NCBI GenBank assembly: GCA_026416095.1
Contig: JAOAFV010000017.1
Location: 64,146 to 128,145 of the forward strand
Origin: Bacteroidales bacterium
GTDB lineage: Bacteria > Bacteroidota > Bacteroidia > Bacteroidales > GWA2-32-17
DNA: 64,000 nt
Direction: 5' to 3'
Shown: positions 1-9,013 of the stretch, in pieces
Position numbering within the stretch: the first letter of the stretch is position 1
Layout: each line of letters starts with the position of its first letter
Made by a program: the position numbers and the translations under genes
The notes under the pieces: model-generated
Seen by the model: only the letters and a program-made list of their open reading frames with translations
What the model was told of the DNA's origin: nothing
The model's database searches: none

Positions 1-1169
1 TGTAAATCAGTTTCAGGTAAATACGCAAGAGAAGAATCGTAATATTGTTTAGCATAAATGTAATTTTTCTTTTTGTAGTACAAATCTCCTAAAGTATAAT
101 AAGTAATTGCTTTTTGAATATTATTTTGCGATTTACTTATGCTTAATCTGTAATAAACAATTGCCTGCTGAATATCGTTTTCCTTATAAGAAATATTTCC
201 TAATGAATAATATATTTGGTCTAGGTATTCTTTGTTTTTTTCGTCTTTTGCCATTTTAAGAAGTTGTTTTTTTAACACTGAAGCATTCGCAGAAGATGCA
301 TCGAAACAATTTGCTCTGTTTATTTGGGCATTAAAAGTTAATTCATAAATATTGCTGTATTTTATGGCTTTTGTATAATGTTCTGTAGCTTTAAAATAGT
401 TATTATTTAATTGATAAAGCTGAGCTAAAATAAAATGTACACGTGCTTTTTCTTGCCTATTTTTTAGAAAAACTAAAGCATTATTTAATGAATTAATTGC
501 TTCGCTAAATTTTTTTTGTTTAATATATACATTTGCATAACCAATATATAAATCTTTTCTAAGTTTTTTTGGAAAATTTTTTTCACCTTCAAGTCGATCT
601 AGTATTGCTAATGCATCGTTATATTTAGTTAATTGCGTATAAGCAAGTGCCAACCAAATTGATGCTTCGTATTTTATTGGATCCCATGAATATTCTTTAA
701 TTACATATTCAAAATTCTCTTCTGCTGCATACCAATCGTGTTGAATAAAATTTGCTTTACCATTAAGCAGCCAAGCTTTTGGCACCCAGTTACAAAATTC
801 AGTTCTATTATAAAATTCCTTTTGTTTAGGCGATAAATTTTTTATATCCTTTGTCTTTGGTCTAGCTGTTATTGAATGTTTTTTTATAACTATAGCACAT
901 TTACTTTTCGTTCTTTCCATATCGGCATTTGCTTGTTTGTATGAGTTTTCGTTTAAAAAAGGATAAACGTTCAGAATATTTAAATAATTATCTTGTGGAT
1001 TATTATTTATTTTTTTTATGCCTGCTTTGTAAGCTTCGTAACCATTGAAGTACGCATTATAATGAGCAGTTAAGTTATGATAAAACCTGCTTAGCGATGT
1101 ATTTACTTTCCTTGAACAGGAGGTTATTATCACATATGTAGACAATATTATTATAATAAAATTTTTCAT
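1..1169 (-). CDS. TPR-repeat lipoprotein, N-terminal part only (gene runs off the left edge); PorW/SprE-like T9SS lipoprotein candidate
   Basis: Absent from the ORF track because there is no stop codon in the window. Reverse translation from ATG at 1169-1167 stays open to position 1: MKNFIIIILSTYVIITSCSRKVNTSLSRFYHNLTAHYNAYFNGYEAYKAG... It has a lipobox-like ITSC followed by repeated TPR-like helices. The N-terminal pattern C-S-x-K-x-N-T-x-L-S-R..H-x-L-T..Y-N..[FY]-N-G resembles SprE/PorW as I remember it; this is not verifiable here. Confidence 0.6.
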   Translation of the reverse strand, partial: MKNFIIIILSTYVIITSCSRKVNTSLSRFYHNLTAHYNAYFNGYEAYKAGIKKINNNPQDNYLNILNVYPFLNENSYKQANADMERTKSKCAIVIKKHSITARPKTKDIKNLSPKQKEFYNRTEFCNWVPKAWLLNGKANFIQHDWYAAEENFEYVIKEYSWDPIKYEASIWLALAYTQLTKYNDALAILDRLEGEKNFPKKLRKDLYIGYANVYIKQKKFSEAINSLNNALVFLKNRQEKARVHFILAQLYQLNNNYFKATEHYTKAIKYSNIYELTFNAQINRANCFDASSANASVLKKQLLKMAKDEKNKEYLDQIYYSLGNISYKENDIQQAIVYYRLSISKSQNNIQKAITYYTLGDLYYKKKNYIYAKQYYDSSLAYLPETDL

Positions 1170-1204
1170 TAAAAATAAAACGCTAAAATATAGAAATTAT
1201 TATT

Positions 1205-1311
1205 AAAAAAGAAGGGCAAGTTACCTATATCGCACCGCTACAACCTTCTACCCTTGCTTCCTTCCGAACCTGGGGGATTCGAAGGGAGCTGGTCGTATAG
1301 GACTTGCCCTT
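1205..1311 (-). ncRNA. ffs: Signal recognition particle RNA (small bacterial 4.5S type)
   Basis: The minus strand reads AAGGGCAAGUCC...CCCCCAGGUUCGGAAGGAAGCAAGGGUAG...GGUAACUUGCCCUUCUUUUUU. It contains the conserved helix-8 motif (E. coli: CAGGUCCGGAAGGAAGCAGC) with a GGAA tetraloop. The closing stem is GGGCAAGU/ACUUGCCC, followed by a U-run. It has its own TAATTTTG -7 box just upstream. Ends are approximate to within about 5 nt. Confidence 0.85.
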
Positions 1312-1314
1312 TTG

Positions 1315-1322
1315 CAAAATTA
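1315..1322 (-). promoter_or_regulatory. Bacteroidota-type -7 box (TAnnTTTG) for the SRP RNA
   Basis: The minus strand reads TAATTTTG, ending about 5 nt before the first base of the SRP RNA closing helix. Confidence 0.6.
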
Positions 1323-1362
1323 TATCAAAAAAATTTTTCTTCAAAATTTATTAAGAAAATAT

Positions 1363-4300
1363 TTACCTTATTATAGAAATGTTCCTAATAATTGTATTAC
1401 TTTCATCTATTGTTACTATGATTAAGTAAGTTCCTAAAGGTAATTCTTTATCGTTATATTTTCCATCCCATTGTTTTTCTGGGTTAAGATATTGAGTGCC
1501 TTTTCCATTGAAATAATATAATAAGTTTCCCCATCTATCATATATTTCAATTTTTACCTTTTTATAAAATTGAATGTTTTTAATTTGTAATCTATCGTTT
1601 TTACCGTCATTATTTGGCGTTATAAAATTTGGTATCAATAAATCAACATCGTATATGTAGGTAGCAGAATTAGTGCAACCATACGAATCGGTTACAGTAA
1701 CTGTATAATGCCCTACTTGATCAATAGTAATTGACGGTAGATTACTATTATTGCTCCATTCAAAAGTATAAGGGGGTGTTCCTCCAAGTATTTGTAAAGT
1801 TAGTTCACTAGTTGCCTGGTCGTAATGAAAGTTTATATTTATAGTTGAACTACCAATTACTTTTATTGTATCTTTAATTATACAATTATTTGCATCAAAA
1901 ACTGTAACATAATAAGTTCCAAAAGGTATGTTATATATATCTTCTGTGGTTTTAGCATTAGACCATAAATATGAATAAGGAGGAGTACCACCAACAACAG
2001 ATAAATCGATAAAGCCAGTACTATCATCATTGCAAATAATACTTGAAGTAGAAAAACTCGTAAATAATTCTGGAGGGTTGGTTAAAGTTACTTGTGTTTG
2101 AGCCATGCATTCATTTTGGTCAACGACCATTATATTGTATGTACCAGCACATAAATTCATAAAAGTTGAGTTATTTCCTTGACTTTGATTATTCAAATAG
2201 TAGGTATTATTTCCGCCAGTTGCATTAATTGTTATAGTTCCATTGCAATCACCATAACATAGAGGATTTGTTTTATTTACCGATAATATCTGAACACCAG
2301 ACACATTAACAATTGTCGCTATAGTTGTTGAAGTACAACCCATACTGTTTTGAACAACAATATAATATGTATTTGCCGATAAATTTGAGTAAGTATTAAC
2401 AGTTGAATAATGAGCACCATTGTCAATAGAATATTGTAAAGGTATAAACTGACTTGTAGCATTTATGATAATTTGCCCATTAGGAGCAGAACAACTTGTA
2501 ACATTCTGTACATCTACAGAGTTAATTATTGGTTTTGGAATTATAGTAACAAATATACTATCTTTTGCTGGCAAACAAGAGCCTGCACCATCTGGGTCAT
2601 TTGTGGTAGCATATATCATAATTTGCCCGTTTTGAATGTCATTTTGCGAAGGCACATAATTTGTGTTAATTGAAGATGGTTGAGTAAAAATACCGGTCCC
2701 CGACGATGTCCATAATACAGAAGTTGCCGACCCCCCTATAGTTGCTGTTAAATTAATTTGATTTCCTTCGCACACAACAATGTCGTCGCCAATATTGATT
2801 GTCGCAAGAGGAATAATATTCAGTACCAAAGTATCTACAACACTTGTACAGGGTCCGCTACCATCTGGATCATTTGCTGTTAGAAAAATTTGTACCATAC
2901 CCGTAGAAACATCTTGATTAGATGGTATGTAAACTGGTGATAATGTTGTAGAATTTTGAAAAGTTCCTGTTCCCGACGAGCTCCATGTAAAAAAAGAAGT
3001 TCCACTAACTGTTCCATTTAATGTAACAGGATTATTTCCACAAACATTAACATCCTGACCCGCATTAGCAGTTGCTGCTTGATTTATGTAAACAAGTAAT
3101 TGATCGGAAACAGCACCACACGTATTAGGTGGATCGTTAGTTGTAACTGTCAAAGTAACCATCCCGTTCTGTATATCGGATTGACTTAGTATATATGTTG
3201 TATTTATAGAACCTGGATTACTAAAGTAACCACTACCCGACGTTGTCCAGGTAACGCTTGAAGCACTGCCTCCGAAACTCGCATTACTAATATTAACATT
3301 GTTATTTGAGCATACGGTTATATCAGGACCAGCATTAACCTGAGGTGCAGGTTCTATAACAAGCGTTGACTGATAAGTTGCAGCAGCACAACCACCCGAA
3401 GCTGGTATATAATTGGTTATAGTATAAGTTCCTGGTTGCGAAGCACTTACATTTATTTCGCCAGTAGAAGTATTAACGAATACAAGTCCCTGAGGAGTAG
3501 AAGAATATATGCCGTTTGTTCCTGAGATATGCTGTGGAAATATATTTGGAGAGTTATTACATACAGGCGATTGGTAATAAAATTCTGCATTGAATCCTTC
3601 GGTTATTGTTATTTGTTGTGAGTAAGAACTACCACATTGCCCACTAATTGTATATGTAATGGTATAAGTACCAGCATTACTTGCTGCCAAATTAATTTCA
3701 CCAGTAGTTGGATTTATCACAATTCCAGAAGGAGAAGCACTAAAAGTACCACCTTGAGTAACAACAGAAGGGATTGGGTTAGTTGTGGATGTTTTACAAA
3801 ACGTACCCGATCCATAATTAAACGAAGCATTTGCAGTTTGCGTTATTGTTAATACCATTTGATCTGAAGCAGAAGCACACGGGCCAATAGTAGTTATTGT
3901 TAGTATTACACTACCATTTTGAATATCTTGTTGACTTGGTATATATGTTGGTGTAAGTGTATTAGCATTTTGTAATAATCCTGTACCAGACGATGTCCAA
4001 AAACAGCCTGTGGCGCTTCCACCAATACTTGCTCCTGTTATTGTATACGAACTTCCAGCACAAATTGTAGCGTCGGGTCCGGCATTCGCAATAGCAAGAG
4101 GAATTACATTTATAGTATTAGTTTGCTGTGCCTTACAGTAGTTACTGTTTCCCACTGTATACGTAATATTAACATTGCCAGATAAACCGGCAGGATTAAA
4201 TATATTACCACTAACTCCTGGACCAGAGAAGGTACCACCGGTGTTACCTGTTATATACCCAGATAAGTTAATGGGTCCGCTTGAAGCACATACATTTCCA

Positions 4301-5400
4301 GGATTTGTCCAACTAGCGTTCCAAGGATTAGTCACTGTAAAAACAATAGATGCCGACCCCGTACAATGATAATTACCAGTGCCTTGATTATTCCAATTAT
4401 ACGTTATTGTATAAGTACCAGGTCCACATTCATCGGGCCAAAATCCAGCCATTCCCCATGGAGTAGAATATAATCCCGACACATTTGGCGAAATTGTCCA
4501 CGTAAAAATACCCATCGGGCTCCATGGGCCATATGTTGTACAACCAGATGGAGTATTTCCACTTCCATGTATTGTGCCATTACCATCGTAAACCATCCAT
4601 TCCATTGGTGCTGTCCCATCTTGATTGCAAACTTGTATAGTATAACTTGCATTAGGGTTAGCTCCAGGTCCTGGCCAATATACTGTCAACACAGTATTAG
4701 GATCCATTTGTCCATAATCTTCTTGATATATTACCTGACCATTTTCGAAAATCTTTATAGCATTTTTAACAGCGTTTGCATGAGTACGAAACTCAAAGTA
4801 AAGAGTAGGATAAATGGCACCACCGGCAACCGACGAATCATTAGGAAGAATATAAATACTATCTTTGCAAGTCAAATTGGTTACACCACTTGTTGGATGT
4901 GTGTGTATTCCAACTGTTGGACATGGAGGTGCTTTAAAAGTAATAGACCAATTATTTAAAGTACCTACGTCGGTAGTTACTAAATCAACAACTCGCAATT
5001 TCCATGTACCATTAGGATTAAGACCAGTTGGTAATGGCTCTTCTGGAATATATGCTCCCGTAAAAGGAGCCGATCCCATTGTTATTGAAATTGTAGCATT
5101 ATTCTTAAAAACTGTGTTTATAAAATTATCGCCCGATCCGCCACGTCGATTAACAAGAATATGTTCCCATCCTAAGGGATCTACTAGTATAACAACAAGA
5201 TCACCTACCCATGTATGAGTGATGTTAATTGTAACGTTGTCTATAATTGCAGTAGGAGGTATTCCGCTTACATTTATAGGTGAATAAATACCTGTACTGT
5301 TGCCATCAGGTATACTATAACTAGTATTGTTCGTAAAGGTTTGTGAATGTAAATTAAAGAAAATTAAAAAAATTAATCCTAAAAAAATTATACTTTTCAT
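1363..5400 (-). CDS. Giant T9SS-secreted surface protein: signal peptide, proprotein-convertase P-domain, repeated Ig-like modules, SprB repeats, type-B (gliding motility-associated, CHU_C-type) C-terminal sorting domain
   Basis: 1345-aa ORF. The N-terminal signal peptide ends ...NLHSQ. Residues about 21-156 look like a P-domain (HTWVGDLVVILVDPLG...GTWKLRVVDL...GTLNNWSITF). There are four NAGPD...C...W[TS]SSGTG...PSQxDIxxG modules. SprB-type repeats are present (CYGDCNGTITINATGG, GGTPPYSYLWSN, GGTPPYTFEWSN). The C-terminus reads IPNFITPNNDGKNDRLQIKNI...IEIYDRWGNLLY. Confidence 0.85.
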   Translation of the reverse strand: MKSIIFLGLIFLIFFNLHSQTFTNNTSYSIPDGNSTGIYSPINVSGIPPTAIIDNVTINITHTWVGDLVVILVDPLGWEHILVNRRGGSGDNFINTVFKNNATISITMGSAPFTGAYIPEEPLPTGLNPNGTWKLRVVDLVTTDVGTLNNWSITFKAPPCPTVGIHTHPTSGVTNLTCKDSIYILPNDSSVAGGAIYPTLYFEFRTHANAVKNAIKIFENGQVIYQEDYGQMDPNTVLTVYWPGPGANPNASYTIQVCNQDGTAPMEWMVYDGNGTIHGSGNTPSGCTTYGPWSPMGIFTWTISPNVSGLYSTPWGMAGFWPDECGPGTYTITYNWNNQGTGNYHCTGSASIVFTVTNPWNASWTNPGNVCASSGPINLSGYITGNTGGTFSGPGVSGNIFNPAGLSGNVNITYTVGNSNYCKAQQTNTINVIPLAIANAGPDATICAGSSYTITGASIGGSATGCFWTSSGTGLLQNANTLTPTYIPSQQDIQNGSVILTITTIGPCASASDQMVLTITQTANASFNYGSGTFCKTSTTNPIPSVVTQGGTFSASPSGIVINPTTGEINLAASNAGTYTITYTISGQCGSSYSQQITITEGFNAEFYYQSPVCNNSPNIFPQHISGTNGIYSSTPQGLVFVNTSTGEINVSASQPGTYTITNYIPASGGCAAATYQSTLVIEPAPQVNAGPDITVCSNNNVNISNASFGGSASSVTWTTSGSGYFSNPGSINTTYILSQSDIQNGMVTLTVTTNDPPNTCGAVSDQLLVYINQAATANAGQDVNVCGNNPVTLNGTVSGTSFFTWSSSGTGTFQNSTTLSPVYIPSNQDVSTGMVQIFLTANDPDGSGPCTSVVDTLVLNIIPLATINIGDDIVVCEGNQINLTATIGGSATSVLWTSSGTGIFTQPSSINTNYVPSQNDIQNGQIMIYATTNDPDGAGSCLPAKDSIFVTIIPKPIINSVDVQNVTSCSAPNGQIIINATSQFIPLQYSIDNGAHYSTVNTYSNLSANTYYIVVQNSMGCTSTTIATIVNVSGVQILSVNKTNPLCYGDCNGTITINATGGNNTYYLNNQSQGNNSTFMNLCAGTYNIMVVDQNECMAQTQVTLTNPPELFTSFSTSSIICNDDSTGFIDLSVVGGTPPYSYLWSNAKTTEDIYNIPFGTYYVTVFDANNCIIKDTIKVIGSSTININFHYDQATSELTLQILGGTPPYTFEWSNNSNLPSITIDQVGHYTVTVTDSYGCTNSATYIYDVDLLIPNFITPNNDGKNDRLQIKNIQFYKKVKIEIYDRWGNLLYYFNGKGTQYLNPEKQWDGKYNDKELPLGTYLIIVTIDESNTIIRNISIIR
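2542..4089 (-). repeat. Intragenic repeat region: four ~85-aa NAGPD/Cys modules interleaved with two ~78-aa TGEIN...GTYTIT modules
   Basis: Counted on the protein: modules at aa 438-519, 688-772, 777-862 and 867-953, with the second module type at aa 525-600 and 604-682. Coordinates were converted from aa positions. Confidence 0.7.
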
Positions 5401-5414
5401 ATAAATACATAATT

Positions 5415-5729
5415 TTAAAGATTTAAATGCTTAATTTTCTCATATTCTTCTGGATTCTCTTTTATCCATTTTTGTTTTTCATTATGATAACGATTTAAGT
5501 CTTCTTTGGGATTACCTGTGTTTTTGTAACGAGGAAAATTGTCGGGGACATTGTTTTTTTTCAAATAATATTCATCTGGATAGGGAGAAGGAATTTGTCT
5601 GATTTTTTCATGCTTGTAACTTTTTTTTACACTTAGCCTATAAACAGAATTTTTTTCAAGTTTATCAATCTCCTGAGAGTATACTAATAATGTTGAAATG
5701 ACCATTAAAAAAAATAACAAACCTTTCAT
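5415..5729 (-). CDS. Small secreted hypothetical protein
   Basis: The track ORF 5415..5750 starts at a TTG. The first ATG (5729) gives MKGLLFFLMVISTLLVYSQ, a clean signal peptide. The body is charged and Pro/Asn/Lys-rich (PRYKNTGNPKEDLNRYHNEKQKWIKENPEEY). A TAATTTTG box lies 18 nt upstream of that ATG. Confidence 0.6.
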   Translation of the reverse strand: MKGLLFFLMVISTLLVYSQEIDKLEKNSVYRLSVKKSYKHEKIRQIPSPYPDEYYLKKNNVPDNFPRYKNTGNPKEDLNRYHNEKQKWIKENPEEYEKIKHLNL

Positions 5730-5747
5730 TTTTATAAAAATTTTATA

Positions 5748-5755
5748 CAAAATTA
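5748..5755 (-). promoter_or_regulatory. -7 box (TAATTTTG) for the 5415..5729 gene
   Basis: Motif read on the minus strand. It overlaps the left arm of the T8A8 palindrome. Confidence 0.5.
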
Positions 5756-5982
5756 CTTTTTTTTAAAAAAAAGTAAAATACAAAATTCTGATTAATAAAA
5801 AAATTTAATACACCAATAGCAAAAAATTATTATCATAAAATTTAGATTTTGCAATTTTCACAATAAAAATCATAAAAAGCAGAAAAAAGAACCTTTTACT
5901 AATTTCAAAAAACTAAAAAACTTTTAATAGCTAAAAAATTAACCTTAAAATGTGCATCATTGTAAAAAAATCATTATTTCTA

Positions 5983-5990
5983 TACATTTG
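5983..5990 (+). promoter_or_regulatory. -7 box (TACATTTG) for manC
   Basis: The motif sits 15 nt upstream of ATG 6006 and inside the GTG-extended track ORF. This argues for the shorter gene model. Confidence 0.55.
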
Positions 5991-6005
5991 CCTAAAAATC
6001 AATTT

Positions 6006-7061
6006 ATGGAAGTTTATGTAGTTATAATGGCAGGGGGAATAGGAAGCAGGTTTTGGCCATTAAGTCAAAAGCATTCGCCTAAACAATTTTTAGACATTCT
6101 TGGAACTGGTAAATCATTAATAAGAGAAACCGTAGATAGGTTTAAAAAAATATGTAATGAAAAAAATATAATTATTGTAACAAACTCTTTATATGAAAAC
6201 CTTATAAAAGAACAAATACCTGAACTACCTTTAGAAAATATTCTTTTTGAACCCTTGCGAAAAAATACTGCTCCATGCATTGCTTATGCCTACAAAGAAA
6301 TAGAAAGAAGGAATAAAAATGCAATTATGGTTGTTAGTCCATCTGATCATTACATTGGTAATGAAGACTTATTTCTAGAAACCATAAAAGAAGGTGTAAA
6401 TTTTGTTGCAAACAATAACTGTCTTCTAACAATTGGAATACAACCAACACGACCCGAAACGGGGTATGGGTACATTCAAATAAGTCCAGATCAGAAGGCT
6501 AAAAGTAAAATTTTAAAAGTTAAAACATTTACAGAAAAACCTAATCATGAAATGGCTAGTTTTTTCATTAAGAGCGGCGATTTTTACTGGAATAGTGGCA
6601 TATTTCTGTGGTCGGTTTCATCTATTAAAGAAGCATACGAAAAACATCTACCAGAAATTTATTTTCTTTTCGAAGATTATTTTCAAAATATATCGGACAA
6701 TAAAGATAACAATGGGCTTTTATATGTTTATAGTGAATCGCCATCTATTTCTGTTGATTATGGAATTATGGAAAAAGCTCAAAATGTATTTGTTATAAAA
6801 GGAAATTTTACATGGTCCGATCTTGGAACTTGGGGATCATTACTTGAACATTTGCCAAAAGATAGCAATAATAACATAGTAAGAGCAAATAGTAAATGCA
6901 TAATACATAATTCACATAATAATTATATACAACTTTCAAATAACAAAACAGTAATAGTTAATTCAGTAAACAATCTTATAATAGTTGAGAACGATAACCA
7001 AATTCTAATATCAGATTTAAATAACGAACAAGAATTAAGAAATTTGGTTAACTTATTATAG
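6006..7061 (+). CDS. manC: Mannose-1-phosphate guanylyltransferase (GDP-mannose pyrophosphorylase)
   Basis: MEVYVVIMAGGIGSRFWPLS carries the nucleotidyltransferase G-G-x-G-x-R-[FL]-W-P-L-S signature. Also present: VVSPSDHYI and GYGYIQ. The start was moved from the GTG at 5952 to ATG 6006. Confidence 0.85.
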   Translation: MEVYVVIMAGGIGSRFWPLSQKHSPKQFLDILGTGKSLIRETVDRFKKICNEKNIIIVTNSLYENLIKEQIPELPLENILFEPLRKNTAPCIAYAYKEIERRNKNAIMVVSPSDHYIGNEDLFLETIKEGVNFVANNNCLLTIGIQPTRPETGYGYIQISPDQKAKSKILKVKTFTEKPNHEMASFFIKSGDFYWNSGIFLWSVSSIKEAYEKHLPEIYFLFEDYFQNISDNKDNNGLLYVYSESPSISVDYGIMEKAQNVFVIKGNFTWSDLGTWGSLLEHLPKDSNNNIVRANSKCIIHNSHNNYIQLSNNKTVIVNSVNNLIIVENDNQILISDLNNEQELRNLVNLL

Positions 7062-7166
7062 CCAATAATTAAAAATAATTAAAAATATTGTGTTAATAAA
7101 AAAATTTTTTCTCAATTAATTAATTATTTATTAAAAATATTTTTAACTTCAAATATTTTACTCTCG

Positions 7167-8111
7167 ATGCCTCTTAAAGTAGGAATAGTTGGTGTAGGAC
7201 ATTTTGGAAAACTACATTTAAAGGCACTTAAAAATATTAAAACTATTGAACTAGTGGGCTTTTATGATATAGATCCTATTGTACAAAAAGAAGTTGCGGA
7301 GGTCTTTAATGTTAAGTCTTTTAATTCTTATAAAGAATTAATAAAAAATTGCGATGTAATAGATATTGTTACTCCAACGGTAACTCATTTCGAGTGTGCT
7401 TATGAAGCAATAAAAGCACAAAAGCATATTTTTATTGAAAAGCCTGTTACCCATACAGTAAAAAAAGCAGAGCAATTAATAAAACTTGCCGACGAAGCAG
7501 GTATTAAAGCACAGGTCGGACATATTGAAAGATTTAATCCTGCTTATCTTTCAATTGAAAATTACATAAATGAACCTAAATTCATAGAAGCAAACCGATT
7601 ACAACCATTCACAAACAGAAGTTTGGATATTTCTGTAATATTAAACTTAATGATTCACGACATAGATATAATACTAAATATTGTAAATTCAAAAATTTCA
7701 AAAATCAGAGCAAGCGGTGCTAAAGTAGCCACTAATTTTATCGATGTTGCTAATGTACGTATTGAGTTTGAAAATGGTTGTATTGCACATCTAAGCACAA
7801 GTAGAATTGCCACCAGTAACCTCAGAATATTTAAAATTTTTCAGAAAAATAGCTGTATTACTATCGACTTTTTGAATAAAAAATCGGAAATAATAAGCGC
7901 AAAAACTATTGAAGATAACGATAAAATTTCAACTTTCATAGAATCTTTTTATCCTGAAATTATTAACTTTAATGCAATTGAAGTTGAACTAAATTCTTTT
8001 TTCGAAGCAATTATTAACAACACTACTCCAAAAATTACACTCGAACATGGACTTAATGCCTTAAAAATTGCTATGGATATTAACGACATTATCTTAAAAA
8101 ATTTTTGTTAA
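7167..8111 (+). CDS. Gfo/Idh/MocA-family NAD(P)-dependent oxidoreductase (sugar-nucleotide dehydrogenase type)
   Basis: N-terminal Rossmann motif VGIVGVGHFGKLH and an EKP motif (IFIEKPV) typical of the family. It sits in a sugar-nucleotide and glycosyltransferase context. Confidence 0.8.
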   Translation: MPLKVGIVGVGHFGKLHLKALKNIKTIELVGFYDIDPIVQKEVAEVFNVKSFNSYKELIKNCDVIDIVTPTVTHFECAYEAIKAQKHIFIEKPVTHTVKKAEQLIKLADEAGIKAQVGHIERFNPAYLSIENYINEPKFIEANRLQPFTNRSLDISVILNLMIHDIDIILNIVNSKISKIRASGAKVATNFIDVANVRIEFENGCIAHLSTSRIATSNLRIFKIFQKNSCITIDFLNKKSEIISAKTIEDNDKISTFIESFYPEIINFNAIEVELNSFFEAIINNTTPKITLEHGLNALKIAMDINDIILKNFC

Positions 8112-8169
8112 TAAATTATCTCGTTAAAAAGTAATAATAAGAAAGGTAATTGCGTTAATGTAAAAAGAA

Positions 8170-9012
8170 ATGAAACATATAATCTTATATTTGCCTTCTT
8201 TATTATTACTTTTTTCGTGTCACTTAGATAAAAAAGAAAAAATACCTGCTTATATAAGAATCGTACAAGCTAAACTTATCACTAACGAGCAAACCCAGGG
8301 CAAAAATACACATAAAATAACCGATATTTGGATAAACATAGATACCAGATTACAGGGTATTTACGAAATTCCAACAATATTTCCAGTATTAGAAACTGGC
8401 AAAAGACATGTTACAATTAGAGCAGGTATTAAAGATAATGGCATAGCAGCAAGTAGAGTAATTTTTCCATTTTTCAATAAAATATCATTCGATACAATAC
8501 TAGCTGAACAAGAAATAATAAACCTAACACCATGTTTTACTTATAAATCTGAAACAAAGTTTGCATGGATCGAAAACTTTGAATTGAATGGCCACACTTT
8601 AGAAAAAATGCCCGAAAGCGATACCATATTATTCATCTCGCCAGAAGATACAAGCAACAAAGTAGGCAAAATAATAATTGATGCCATTAAACAACGTTTT
8701 TACTATAAATCATCTCATGCTTTTAGCCTACCAAAAGACGGTTCTCCTGTATACCTGGAAGTAGATTATAAGTGTAATCATCCTTTTACTATTGGTATTA
8801 TTGCAAATAAATTACAAAATTCTATTGTTCAGCCATATATCACAATTAATCCTCATCCCTCATCGTTTAATCATATTTATATCAATTTAACCCATTGTAT
8901 TCTTAATCATTCCGATGCAATTGATTTTAATATTTTCTTCAGGGCAACTTTACAAAGTGGCTATAATTATGGCAAAATTGAATTAGATAATATAAAACTT
9001 TTGCATTTTTAA
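8170..9012 (+). CDS. Hypothetical lipoprotein
   Basis: Signal peptide with a lipobox-like LLLFSC. I recognise no family motif. It lies 1 nt before the sugar transferase gene. Confidence 0.55.
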   Translation: MKHIILYLPSLLLLFSCHLDKKEKIPAYIRIVQAKLITNEQTQGKNTHKITDIWINIDTRLQGIYEIPTIFPVLETGKRHVTIRAGIKDNGIAASRVIFPFFNKISFDTILAEQEIINLTPCFTYKSETKFAWIENFELNGHTLEKMPESDTILFISPEDTSNKVGKIIIDAIKQRFYYKSSHAFSLPKDGSPVYLEVDYKCNHPFTIGIIANKLQNSIVQPYITINPHPSSFNHIYINLTHCILNHSDAIDFNIFFRATLQSGYNYGKIELDNIKLLHF

Positions 9013-9013
9013 T

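Noticed and set aside
2473-5218. Multiple 60-130-aa ORFs on the + strand, and one alternate-frame minus-strand ORF, inside adhesin gene 1 (2473..2673, 3637..3852, 4175..4369, 4404..4652, 4567..4959, 4865..5218)
   Set aside because: They lie entirely within a strongly supported 1345-aa gene that has coherent domain structure. Their products are low-complexity with no recognisable motifs. They are shadow ORFs caused by the relatively GC-rich, stop-poor antisense frames.
1363-5400. Higher GC content of the two adhesin genes (also 36210..40274) as a sign of horizontal transfer
   Set aside because: The shift is explained by their Gly/Thr/Pro/Ser/Cys-rich amino-acid composition. The flanks carry no mobility signatures.
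5952-6005. N-terminal extensions from TTG/GTG starts in the ORF track (5952, 5750, 14876, 22536, 44586, 54857, 42664)
   Set aside because: In each case a downstream ATG (GTG for 42664) gives a canonical N-terminus (signal peptide, Rossmann motif or Walker A) and/or the extension covers the promoter box or the upstream gene. The shorter models are preferred; for 42664 the track coordinates are kept in the feature table and the GTG at 42628 is noted as the likely start. The GTG start of murD and the TTG start of the MORN gene were kept because no better start exists.
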